Assembly (NCBI RefSeq): GCF_001194135.2
Contig: NC_068985.1
Location: 97,379,863-97,412,226, forward strand
Direction of reading: 5' to 3'
Source of the DNA: Octopus bimaculoides
Taxonomy: Eukaryota
DNA: 32,364 bases
In this document: positions 21,169-32,046 of the stretch, piece by piece
Layout: the number at the start of each line of letters is the position of its first letter
Numbering within the stretch: position 1 is the first letter of the stretch
The notes under the pieces: model-generated
Database searches by the model: none
Told to the model about the DNA's origin: nothing
What the model saw: the letters and a program-made list of their open reading frames with translations, nothing else
Program-made: the position numbers and the translations under genes

Positions 21169-21878
21169 TTGTTTAATATGGATTAGAACATTCTTTTCAT
21201 TTCTTTACTACTTTTTTAGGATAAGAATTCTATGATTCTATATTCTGAAATAACACATTAAAGAACATAGATTCATAAATGGAAAGAACATTCCACTCTT
21301 ATTAAGCAACTGTAAGTCTATTTTTGCTATGCATATTCTTCAAGCGTTTACAACCAAGATGTATTTCACAATGCCACATCAGAAATTGCTGTTCACCATC
21401 AACTTTTGCAGTTACTTAATCTCACGCTGTGTGTTTTTGCCTATAACATTAATGTAGTCGAGTGGTCTTTGTCCTCAATTAAAGTGCTTATGTCTCCAAA
21501 ATGTAACAGCTGTTGTTTTATATATACATACATGTGTGTGTGTGTTTGCATATGAACATGACATGGAAATGCCAAGTACCTACCAATACTAAAATCTATA
21601 CTCACTAATTATCCAACATAAATAAATGCTTTCCAAATTGCTTTGAAATAGTACATGAAATTCAAGTAATTAGCAACTATTTTTGTGATGGTAGACAAGG
21701 ACAGTTTCCAATGCCTTTCAGTCGTAATATATAGGCTGTCCATAAATTATCTTAACAGCTTCTACAACATTTTGTATCAAATTGTAAAGGAAGTTTATTC
21801 TCACATTGTATACTGTAATGTGTGTCAGTTCATTTACTTGGATAAGTAACCATGTAATTAATCAAGTAATTTTGATGC

Positions 21879-22661
21879 AAAAGCTGAACATTAGAAGCAT
21901 CAGTTGTGGCGTGCAAGAGAGACGATTGCGCTGGTATGGACATGTGGTGAGAATGGATGAGGATAGCTGCGTGAAAAAGTGCCACACCCTAACAGTTGAG
22001 GGAACCTGTGGAAGAGGTAGGCCCAGGAAGACCTGGGCTGAGGTGGTGAGGCAAGACCTTCGTACATTGGGCCTCACCGAGGCGATGACTACTGACCGAG
22101 ACCTTTGGAAATGTGCTGTGCGTGAGAAGACCCGGCAAGCCAAGTAAGATCGTTGCCAGTGCCCCTGGAATGGTTCTTGTGCGGGTGGCACATGAGATNN
22201 NNNNNNNNNNNNNNNNNNNNNNNNNNNNNNNNNNNNNNNNNNNNNNNNNNNNNNNNNNNNNNNNNNNNNNNNNNNNNNNNNNNNNNNNNNNNNNNNNNNN
22301 NNNNNNNNNNNNNNNNNNNNNNNNNNNNNNNNNNNNNNNNNNNNNNNNNNNNNNNNNNNNNNNNNNNNNNNNNNNNNNNNNNNNNNNNNNNNNNNNNNNN
22401 NNNNNNNNNNNNNNNNNNNNNNNNNNNNNNNNNNNNNNNNNNNNNNNNNNNNNNATTTCGAGCGTGGCCGTTTTCGTGCAGGTGACACGTAAAAGCACCC
22501 ACTACACTCTCTGAGTGGTTGGCGTTAGAAAGGGCATCCAGCTGTAGAAACTCTGCCAAATTAGACTGGAGCCTGGTGTTGCCATCCGGTTTCACCAGTC
22601 CTCAGTCAAATCGCCCAACCCATGCTAGCATGGAAAGCGGACGTTAAACGATGATGATGAT
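21879..22661 (+). mobile_element. 5'-truncated RTE-type LINE: RT C-terminus plus 3' UTR and (GAT)n tail
   Basis: KLNIRSISCGVQERRLRWYGHVVRM...GRGRPRKTWAEVVRQDLRTLGL...DRDLWK...* (stop 22145-22147) carries the typical RTE RL.W.GH..R and GRP...W motifs. Confidence 0.9.
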
Positions 22662-22705
22662 CCCTACAGAACTAGGTTTCGAGACACAATAGATGTAGAG
22701 TTCAG

Positions 22706-23165
22706 TCATCATCATCGTCGTCGTCGTCGTTGTCATCATCATCATCATTGTTTAATGTCCACATTCCAGCGTCATCATCATTTAGCACCCGTTTTCCATG
22801 CTGGCATGGGTTGGGTGGTTTGACTGGAAATGGTAAGCCAGAGAGCTACATCAGGCCCCAATCTGTTTGGCTCGATTTCTATGGTCGGATGCCCTTCCTA
22901 ATGCCAACTGCTCCACAGAGTGTACCAAGTGTCTTCTCTGTGTCACTGGCACAGGTGACATTTACATGTTACCAGCATGGGTACTTTATACATGCCACTG
23001 GCATAGGTGCCTTTCATTTGTCACCAGCACTGGCCATGACTATAATTTCACTTAGCTTGACATGTCTTCTCATGCACAGCAAATTGTCAAAAGTCTTAGT
23101 TACTTGTCATTGCCTCCATGAGCCCCAACATTCAAAGATCATATTTCACCACCTTGTCCCCTGTC
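22706..23165 (-). mobile_element. Older RTE LINE 3' end, inverted relative to 21879-22661
   Basis: (CAT/CGT)n tail and the same UTR. Minus strand 23030-23165 reads DKVVKYDL*MLGLMEAMTSN*DF*QFAVHEKTCQAK*. Confidence 0.8.
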
Positions 23166-23592
23166 TTCTTTTTTACTCTAGGCACAAGGCCCAAGATTGT
23201 TCAGCAGGGGGCCAGTTGATTAGATCGACCCTAGTATGAAACTGGTACTCAATTTATCGACCCCGAAAGGATCTAAGGCAAAGTTGACCTCGGCGGAATT
23301 TGAACTCAGAACGTAAAGNNNNNNNNNNNNNNNNNNNNNNNNNNNNNNNNNNNNNNNNNNNNNNNNNNNNNNNNNNNNNNNNNNNNNNNNNNNNNNNNNN
23401 NNNNNNNNNNNNNNNNNNNNNNNNNNNNNNNNNNNNNNNNNNNNNNNNNNNNNNNNNNNNNNNNNNNNNNNACTGGTACTTAATTTCTCGGCCCTGAAAG
23501 GACGAAAGGCAAAGTTGAACTTGGTAGAATTTGAGCTCAGAACATAAAGACAGATGAAATACTGTTAAGCATTTCGCCCGGTGTACTAACAC
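23166..23592 (-). mobile_element. SINE family C dimer spanning a gap
   Basis: Two copies of actggtact..aattt.tcg.ccc.gaaagga...ggcaaagttga..t.gg..gaatttga.ctcagaac, one on each side of the gap. Confidence 0.8.
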
Positions 23593-24287
23593 TGAACTTG
23601 AAATATTGCAACTGCAAATAACATTAACTTCACTTAAACATTTATTTATAAGTTGGTGTCAAAATTTTCATTGCACCAATGGGTGTGATGAAAATTTTGG
23701 CACCAAATAATAAATCTCTTAGTGAAATAAATTCTCAGATCAAATCACTCACCAAGCAAGTATATTTTCGAAATTATTGTTTTCATTATTTGTAATGATT
23801 TATTTATTCATTTATTCAATATCTTACAAATAACAAAAAAAAAAAAGAAAGAAAAAATACATTTAAAACCAGCAAACAAAAATGTGAACAAAATGTTTAT
23901 GAAATTTTTGTTGTTGTGATGTTATTAATATCACAGAAATATGACTTATACATAATGTGTAGACATTTGATTATTTTAACCCTGATATGAAATGATACAT
24001 CAATGATTTTAAAAATCCCAAATGATTTTCAATATAACAATGGAAAATATAAACAGTTATAACAGCCAATTATCAGTACTAGCATTGCCGATTATTATTA
24101 CCTCTACAACAACACAGTAGGCATACACACACACACACACCCCACCAATTTTAAGTATAATCAGCCGAAACTGCAAAGATAATCTGGAACTCGACTGAGG
24201 AAAGAAAACTTCGAATTACCCGTCCGTGTTGTTTCTTGTCCGTCTTTTGTCTGAATGTTTTGCATTCTTGTCCCATTTTTTGTATTC

Positions 24288-24324
<37 letters not shown>

Positions 24325-24342
24325 CAAACACACACATACATA

Positions 24343-24398
24343 TATTCTTTTATTTGTTTCAGTCATTTGACTGTGGCTTTGCTGGAGCACCGCCTTTA
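24343..24398 (-). mobile_element. SINE family A tail fragment between (TA)n tracts
   Basis: ttcttttatttgtttcagtcatttgactgtggctttgctggagcaccgccttta. Confidence 0.75.
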
Positions 24399-24997
24399 TA
24401 TATATATATATATTAAGAAAAATGTGGCAGTCAAAATTTTGGATAATTCTTTATCAATGATTTTGTTTGTTTATTGAACTTGTCAAGACAAAGTTAAAAC
24501 CAAAATGGTAAAAACAGAACGTTTCCTAATTCATTATGTGAATCAGATGTTTTTTGCTTCATTTAGAAAAGGAGAATGAAAGCTCTTATAAAGACTTATC
24601 CAAAATGCTGACTGCCTCCTTTTTTCTCAATATACACCACTTCAAACACATGCAAACAGGAAAATAGACCTCGAAACATGAGTATATAAATATTTCGGTT
24701 TTTTTTTTTAATAACTGGTATAAATTACAAAGTGACTCAAGAGCAATGAGTTTTATGAGGTGCCAATGCAAAAAACTCTCAACTGTTAAGCCACTTTGTA
24801 ACTTATGTCGATTATTAATAAAAATATATATGCTTATATAACACATTTGTATATATATGTATAAATATCTATACAAGAATAATATATATATATTTACATG
24901 CATGTGTGTATGCATATTAATATATATATATATGTGTGTATATACATATGTATATATATAAGTGTGTGTGTGTGTGTATATATACATGTGTGTGTGA

Positions 24998-25325
24998 GTG
25001 AAGGCGCGTGGCTTAGTGGATAGGGCATTCCGCGTGTGATCGTAAGGTCGTGAGTTCAATTTCTGATGACACATTGTGTCCTTGAGCAAGACACTTTATT
25101 TCACGTTGCTCCAGTCCACTCAGCTGGCAAAAATGAGAGTTACCTGTACTTCATAGGAGCCAGCCTTGTCACACTCTGTGCCACGCTGAATCTCCCTGAG
25201 AACTACATTAAGGGTACACGTGTCTGTGGAGTGCTCAGCCACTTGTACATTAATTTCACAAGCAAGCTGTTCCACTGATCATATCAGCTGGGACCCTCAT
25301 CGTCGTAACCGACAGATTGCTCCTT
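24998..25325 (+). mobile_element. tRNA-derived SINE with family D body and a different head
   Basis: A-box TGGCTTAGTGG, B-like GAGTTCAATTTC, then gtgtccttgagcaagacacttt..., then the body ccagccttgtcacac...gggtacacgtgtctgtggagtgctcagccactt shared with 18061-18449. Confidence 0.85.
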
Positions 25326-25592
25326 TATATATATATATATGTATACACACACCCTATTTAATCAGATATAACACTATTTCTTCTCATTAAGTCTAAATAT
25401 TAAGTAATTAAATGATTCTCATTTTGCTATGATAGTGCTAATATATTAAATGTTCAGCACAATCTACAGGCCCCATGATTAATAGGCCATCAACATCAAG
25501 TATAGAACGCCAGAATGTAATACTTTCAATCATCATAAGTGTTACTTATGACAATACTACTTATACATTTACAGGAAAATTTAATCTAAAAT

Positions 25593-25920
25593 TCATCATC
25601 ATCATCATCATCACCGTTTAACATCTGCCTTCCATGCTAGCATGGGTTGGACGATTTAACTGAGGACAGGCAAACCAGATGGCTACACCAGGCACCAAAC
25701 TGATTTGGCAGAGTTTCTACAGCTGGATGCCCTTCCTAACGCCAACCACTCCGAGAGTGTAGTGGGTGCTTTTACGTGCCACCGGCACGAAGGCCAGTCA
25801 GGAGGTACTGGCAAAATGGTGTATTTTACGTGCCACCTGCACAGGAGCTAGTCCAGTAGCATTGGCAACGATCTCGCTCAAATGTTTTTTCACGTGCCAG
25901 TAAGGCGACGCTGGTAACGA
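25593..25920 (-). mobile_element. RTE LINE 3' end (family B)
   Basis: (CAT)n tail, conserved UTR, and one copy of the ggcaacgatctcgctc unit. Confidence 0.88.
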
Positions 25921-26689
25921 ATGGAGATAATACAGAAATACTGTCACGAAAATGTGAAAATTAATCAAAACAAATAAATATGCCTGATCCTGAAATATTT
26001 TAATTATCATAATGAACCATCACTATATATGTTTCTGTTTAGCAAAACAAAAGTATCCAATAATGAAAGTATCAGTTTGTCAAATAAATTTGTTCGGGTT
26101 TTTGTCTGTATTTTGCCCAGGTTGATCTATAACCTTGCCAATGTTATTTGAATTAACACGAAAATCATTTTTTTATTCTAGTGCTTTATGGGTTTTTTTT
26201 TTGTTTTGTTTTCTACAACTTGTTTATCGTTTTTAAAATTTGAATAAATTTTACCCCTTTCCAGATGTGTGACAATGGAGTGCCACATAGAAAAAAGCAA
26301 CAACAAAAAAACATATTTATTGACAATCCAATACTGACACACAAGTATAATGAAAGTATTCTTATCATGCATTTGCATCTCATATATCTAGCCATACAGG
26401 CTGATTTTCCAATGGTTCGTCTTACAGTAAGTGTAATTTTATAGTTTACAGATGAGTTTAAGTGTCACATCTGATGTGGTTTCTTTTTTTTTGTTTTGAG
26501 GATCCAGAAATTTTTTGATATATCTTGGACACTAGTTATAACTAAATCTGACTAAACTTTTTCAATGAGTCACTTTATTAGAAGTGTTTTAGCTTAGATT
26601 TTACAGACTATAACTAGTGAGGTAGCCATTAGATATGAGAGCATATTATATGCAAATAAATATGCTACTGAAGGATATATACATACATA

Positions 26690-26698
26690 TATTTTTGC

Positions 26699-26729
<31 letters not shown>

Positions 26730-27226
26730 CCTTGATATACATATGTATATAGATACACACACACACACATACATATACATACATTGATATACATATGTAT
26801 ATATATANNNNNNNNNNNNNNNNNNNNNNNNNNNNNNNNNNNNNNNNNNNNNNNNNNNNNNNNNNNNNNNNNNNNNNNNNNNNNNNNNNNNNNNNNNNNN
26901 NNNNNNNNNNNNNNNNNNNNNNNNNNNNNNNNNNNNNNNNNNNNNNNNNNNNNNNNNNNNNNNNNNNNNNNNNNNNNNNNNNNNNNNNNNNNNNNNNNNN
27001 NNNNNNNNNNNNNNNNNNNNNNNNNNNNNNNNNNNNNNNNNNNNNNNNNNNNNNNNNNNNNNNNNNNNNNNNNNNNNNNNNNNNNNNNNNNNNNNNNNNN
27101 NNNNNNNNNNNNNNNNNNNNNNNNNNNNNNNNNNNNNNNNNNNNNNNNNNNNNNNNNNNNNNNNNNNNNNNNNNNNNNNNNNNNNNNNNNNNNNNNNNNN
27201 NNNNNNNNNNNNNNNNNNNNNNNNNN

Positions 27227-27268
<42 letters not shown>

Positions 27269-27360
27269 TTATATAGATATATATATACAGATACATACAT
27301 GGATATGGAAATATATATATACAGAGAGAGAGATAAAGATATATACATGCCTATATACAT
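26690..27360. repeat. Compound (TA)n/(CA)n microsatellite around a gap
   Basis: Dinucleotide runs on both sides of N-run 26808-27226. Confidence 0.9.
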
Positions 27361-27395
27361 AAATACAAGTATTTATATACATGTAATCATTTTGT

Positions 27396-27752
27396 ATAGG
27401 CGTGACTGTGTGTTAAGTGGTTTACTTACAAACCACATGGTTCCGGGTTCAGTCCCACAGTGTGGCACCTTGGGCAAGTGTCTTCTACTATAGGCTCAGG
27501 CCAATCAAAGCCTTGTGAGTGGATTTGGTAGACGGAAGCTGAAAGAAACCTGTCGTATACATATATGTGTGTGTTTGTGTCTGTGTTTGTTCCCTCCCCC
27601 CATTGCTTAATGGAAGTCTGTTGGTCTGTTTATTTCCCCCGTAACTGAGCAGTTCAGCAAAATAAGTCCTGGGGTCGAATTTGTTTGACTAAAGGCAGTG
27701 CTCCAGCATGGCCACAGTCAAATGAGTGAAACAAGTAAAAGAATAAAAGAAT
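27396..27752 (+). mobile_element. SINE family A, full length
   Basis: ataggcgtgactgtgtg...gaaacaagtaaaagaataaaaga. Confidence 0.9.
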
Positions 27753-27756
27753 ACCT

Positions 27757-27901
27757 ACACACACACACACACATTTACACATATTTGGATGTAAAAAAAA
27801 TATATGTATATTTACATATGTATATATATTATATTAATGCTTATATGTCATACATATATATATACACAAATACATATATATATACACACACACATACATA
27901 C

Positions 27902-27932
<31 letters not shown>

Positions 27933-28018
27933 CATACATACACATATATACACACACACATACATACATACACACACACACATACATACACACACACACA
28001 TACATACATATATATATA
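27757..28018. repeat. Compound (TA)n/(CA)n/(TACA)n microsatellite
   Basis: Directly visible; runs into gap 28019-28859. Confidence 0.9.
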
Positions 28019-28859
28019 NNNNNNNNNNNNNNNNNNNNNNNNNNNNNNNNNNNNNNNNNNNNNNNNNNNNNNNNNNNNNNNNNNNNNNNNNNNNNNNNNN
28101 NNNNNNNNNNNNNNNNNNNNNNNNNNNNNNNNNNNNNNNNNNNNNNNNNNNNNNNNNNNNNNNNNNNNNNNNNNNNNNNNNNNNNNNNNNNNNNNNNNNN
28201 NNNNNNNNNNNNNNNNNNNNNNNNNNNNNNNNNNNNNNNNNNNNNNNNNNNNNNNNNNNNNNNNNNNNNNNNNNNNNNNNNNNNNNNNNNNNNNNNNNNN
28301 NNNNNNNNNNNNNNNNNNNNNNNNNNNNNNNNNNNNNNNNNNNNNNNNNNNNNNNNNNNNNNNNNNNNNNNNNNNNNNNNNNNNNNNNNNNNNNNNNNNN
28401 NNNNNNNNNNNNNNNNNNNNNNNNNNNNNNNNNNNNNNNNNNNNNNNNNNNNNNNNNNNNNNNNNNNNNNNNNNNNNNNNNNNNNNNNNNNNNNNNNNNN
28501 NNNNNNNNNNNNNNNNNNNNNNNNNNNNNNNNNNNNNNNNNNNNNNNNNNNNNNNNNNNNNNNNNNNNNNNNNNNNNNNNNNNNNNNNNNNNNNNNNNNN
28601 NNNNNNNNNNNNNNNNNNNNNNNNNNNNNNNNNNNNNNNNNNNNNNNNNNNNNNNNNNNNNNNNNNNNNNNNNNNNNNNNNNNNNNNNNNNNNNNNNNNN
28701 NNNNNNNNNNNNNNNNNNNNNNNNNNNNNNNNNNNNNNNNNNNNNNNNNNNNNNNNNNNNNNNNNNNNNNNNNNNNNNNNNNNNNNNNNNNNNNNNNNNN
28801 NNNNNNNNNNNNNNNNNNNNNNNNNNNNNNNNNNNNNNNNNNNNNNNNNNNNNNNNNNN

Positions 28860-29065
28860 ACCGCCTGACTGGCCTTCGTGCCGGTGGCACGTAAAAGCAC
28901 CCACTACACTCTCGGAGTGGTTGGTGTTAGGAAGGGCATCCAGCTGTAGAAACCCTGCCAAATCAGATTGGAGCCTGGTGTAGCCATCTGGTTCGCCAGT
29001 CTTCAGTCAAATCATCCAACCCATGCTAGCATGGAAAGCGGACATTAAACGATGATGATGATGAT
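28860..29065 (+). mobile_element. RTE LINE 3' end (family B)
   Basis: ggtggcacgtaaaagcacccactacactctcggagtgg...ttaaac(GAT)n. Confidence 0.9.
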
Positions 29066-29147
29066 GAATGGGGTGTAAGACTTTTATTCTTTTTTTTTTT
29101 TTTGCATGGCTGTGTGGCTAAGAAGCTCACATTGTAACTACTCTGCA

Positions 29148-29667
29148 GAATATAAGAGAAATATTAACCTCTGCTTCTGACACCAAGAAAACTAACACTG
29201 GAGTTTCTGAACGGTGTATCATGAAAAACAGCCATAAAAGAGGTAAGCCCTGTTCATTGTGTAACAACATGAATCAAGTCAATTCCATCAGGAATCATAA
29301 CAGAAATGATTTATACGGAATGTGGGATGTGAAAAGATTTCCATTTGGTGTACGCAGCAGAATGCATCAAACACAACTTGGTTTATGCTGGTTGTACAAC
29401 AGAACAATTACAGAAAAGATTTAATGGTCACAGATATGATGTTAGGCACAATAGCAGTAGTTCGACAGAACTTGCCAAACATTTTACATTAAGCAGTTGC
29501 AAAACCTGAAAGTACACATTCTTAGAAAATATTTTCAATCTACTACACTTTCAGTCCTCAAAATGCACGAGGACAAATATGTTTGCGAGTTATTAACATT
29601 ATGCCCAGTAGGAATGAATAAAATGAAAGGGGAATTTCATCATATTTATACACAACTATTCAATTAA
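29148..29667 (+). pseudogene. Penelope-like element GIY-YIG endonuclease relic
   Basis: RGKPCSLC (CxxC linker); 29345-29509 LVYAAECIKHNLVYAGCTTEQLQKRFNGHRYDV...ELAKHF*; then in another frame 29506-29667 LKVHIL...EDKYVCELLTLCPVGMN. Pattern VY...C...Y.G.T...L..RF..H and L.TL.P.G.N; several frameshifts. Confidence 0.8.
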
Positions 29668-30135
29668 ATATTCTTTTCTCTTTTTTTCTTTTTGCCAGTT
29701 GCAAAATTGAAAATTGAAGACTGATGATGTCGTTCTATCAAATTGGGAACGCAGGATCTCCTCGTTCAAACTTTTGAATTTGAATTTCTATAATTTTGAA
29801 TTTCTGCATTCATTTTACATTTTGAACTTGAAAAAGTCAGGCAAGCTATTGAAATATCATTCAAACCAATAAACAACCTATTTCAATCACAACAAGCTCA
29901 TTGTATCGTCTATTATTATTATTATTATTAGTCAACAAGTTAGTCATTTAACTGATAAAGTAATCAATTATTTAACTAATTATTTAATCACTCAATCAGC
30001 TAGGTTCATCAGAGTCCTCCTGCTTCCACTCATGACCTCATCAATGATATGCCCTCTCTATACTCTCAATAAGGACTTTCCTACATCACTAAATAACAGA
30101 GCAGTATTTAATGGAATCTCAGAATTTCAACTTAC

Positions 30136-30252
30136 AACATTGAGGCCAATCTCTAAAAGTGGTGCTGGTAGATACAAAGTCTTCTGTGGTCCAATGTTCC
30201 AGTAACGGCCAAGATTAAAGCCATTCACTATAACAATTCCTTTCACCCAACC
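30136..30252 (-). CDS. GLB1L2-like: Internal coding exon (39 aa, phase 0/0) of a GH35 beta-galactosidase, GLB1L2-like
   Basis: On -, acceptor ctgttttgtattttcAG, then [39 protein letters not shown], then a GTAAGT donor. This is the conserved C-terminal GH35 motif GW.KG...[29 protein letters not shown] matches GLB1L2 as I recall it. Too short to appear in the ORF track. Confidence 0.92.
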
Positions 30253-30346
30253 CTGAAAATACAAAACAGAATCATGTGATCAAAATGTATGTTAAAGAGA
30301 ATGAAGAGAAGGTAAATAGAAGATGGGGAGAGAGAGAGATATTTCT

Positions 30347-30610
30347 TATTTCTTTTACTTGTTCCAGTCATGGGACTGTGGCCATGCTAGAGCACTGCAT
30401 TGAGGAATATTTGTCGAACAAATCAACCGTGGTACGTATTTTTTTTTAAAGTCTGGTAATTATTTTATTAGTCTCTCTTGCTGAACAACTAAGTTACAGG
30501 GACGTACAGACACCAAAACCAGTTGTCAAGCAGCAGTAGGAGGACAAAGACAAACAAACACAAACAGACAGACAGACACAAACACACACACACACCACAC
30601 ACATACACAC
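30347..30610 (-). mobile_element. SINE family A 3' half ending in a CA tract
   Basis: tttcttttacttgttccagtcatgggactgtggccatgctagagcac... Confidence 0.8.
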
Positions 30611-30612
30611 AA

Positions 30613-31081
30613 GTCGTCGTCGTTTAACGTCCGCTTTCCATGCTAGCATGGGTTGGACGATTTGACTGAGGACTGGTGAAACGAGATGGCTACACCAGGC
30701 TCCAATCTGATTTGGCAGAGTTTCTACAGCTGGATGCCCTTCCTAACGCCAACCACTCAGAGAGTGTAGTGGGTGCTTTTACGTGTCACCTGCACGAAGG
30801 CCAGTGGCGGTACTGGCAACGGTGTCACCTGCACAAGAGCCAGTTCAGGGGCACTGGCAACGATCTCACTCGAAAGATTTCATGTGTTGCCTGCACATGA
30901 GCCAGTCCAGGGGCACTGGCAACGATCCCGCTCGAAAGATTTCATGTGTTGCCCGCACATGAGCCAGTCCAGGGGCACTAGCAACGATCTCGCTCGAAAA
31001 TCCTACGACGGCCCCACATAAGAGCCAGTTCAGGAGCACCGGCAACGATCTCGCTCGAAGAAATTTCATGTGTCACCCGCA
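30613..31081 (-). mobile_element. RTE LINE 3' end carrying a tandem array of about 62-bp units
   Basis: (CGT)n tail and conserved UTR, then units starting at about 30828, 30890, 30952, 31012 and 31076, running into a gap. Confidence 0.9.
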
Positions 31082-32046
31082 NNNNNNNNNNNNNNNNNNN
31101 NNNNNNNNNNNNNNNNNNNNNNNNNNNNNNNNNNNNNNNNNNNNNNNNNNNNNNNNNNNNNNNNNNNNNNNNNNNNNNNNNNNNNNNNNNNNNNNNNNNN
31201 NNNNNNNNNNNNNNNNNNNNNNNNNNNNNNNNNNNNNNNNNNNNNNNNNNNNNNNNNNNNNNNNNNNNNNNNNNNNNNNNNNNNNNNNNNNNNNNNNNNN
31301 NNNNNNNNNNNNNNNNNNNNNNNNNNNNNNNNNNNNNNNNNNNNNNNNNNNNNNNNNNNNNNNNNNNNNNNNNNNNNNNNNNNNNNNNNNNNNNNNNNNN
31401 NNNNNNNNNNNNNNNNNNNNNNNNNNNNNNNNNNNNNNNNNNNNNNNNNNNNNNNNNNNNNNNNNNNNNNNNNNNNNNNNNNNNNNNNNNNNNNNNNNNN
31501 NNNNNNNNNNNNNNNNNNNNNNNNNNNNNNNNNNNNNNNNNNNNNNNNNNNNNNNNNNNNNNNNNNNNNNNNNNNNNNNNNNNNNNNNNNNNNNNNNNNN
31601 NNNNNNNNNNNNNNNNNNNNNNNNNNNNNNNNNNNNNNGGGGTCATTCCCTTGCTGACATTCATTGATGCTGCATTGAAGAAACTGAAGAATAAAAAGCC
31701 AAAGAAAAAAGGATTAAAAAAATGCACTCAACACCAGAGCTGAAGACACCTCCAAAAGTATGGGGGGACACCACATTGAAAATGGTAGAGGAGTAGGGGC
31801 TGACGCCAGATGTGGCTCCTTCTAATGATGTCCTCAACCACTGGATCCTATAAAGGAGCTGTTGAGGTAGCAAACCATGAAAGGTGGTTAGAATTCTGGT
31901 TGTGCATGAGTGTGTGCATGTGTTGTTTTGTCTGAGTGTGTGGGTGTATATGTGTGTGTCTATGCATGTGTGTTGTAGGATATGGTGTATATATAGGGTG
32001 TAGCAGAAGTAATGTCCCTTTTGTATTTAATAACTTTTATAGTATA

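Noticed and set aside
21330-21520. hAT C-terminal dimerisation-like peptide (LLQLLNLTLCVFAYNINVVEWSLSSIK) on +
   Set aside because: Only a loose resemblance to L..LP.S...ERSFS; too weak without an HMM hit.
29715-29870. Hammerhead ribozyme in the Penelope tail (CTGATGA at 29721 plus a cgttc/gaacg stem)
   Set aside because: The required GAAA after stem II is absent (GGAT instead) and I could not form stems I and III. At most a decayed remnant; an Infernal search would settle it.
30828-31081. Regular 62-bp repeats as a possible CRISPR array
   Set aside because: Units are contiguous with no unique spacers, lie in an RTE 3' UTR, the DNA is eukaryotic, and there are no cas genes.
9516-31727. Long ORFs made of X runs or YI/HT/CV repeats (e.g. 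27698-28894, 26594-27493, 9516-10133)
   Set aside because: Artefacts of N-gaps and dinucleotide microsatellites.
31640-31870. Upstream GH35 exon or Lys-rich coding fragment
   Set aside because: No GH35 motif on -; the + frames have stops and only a faint resemblance to a decayed RTE C-terminus.
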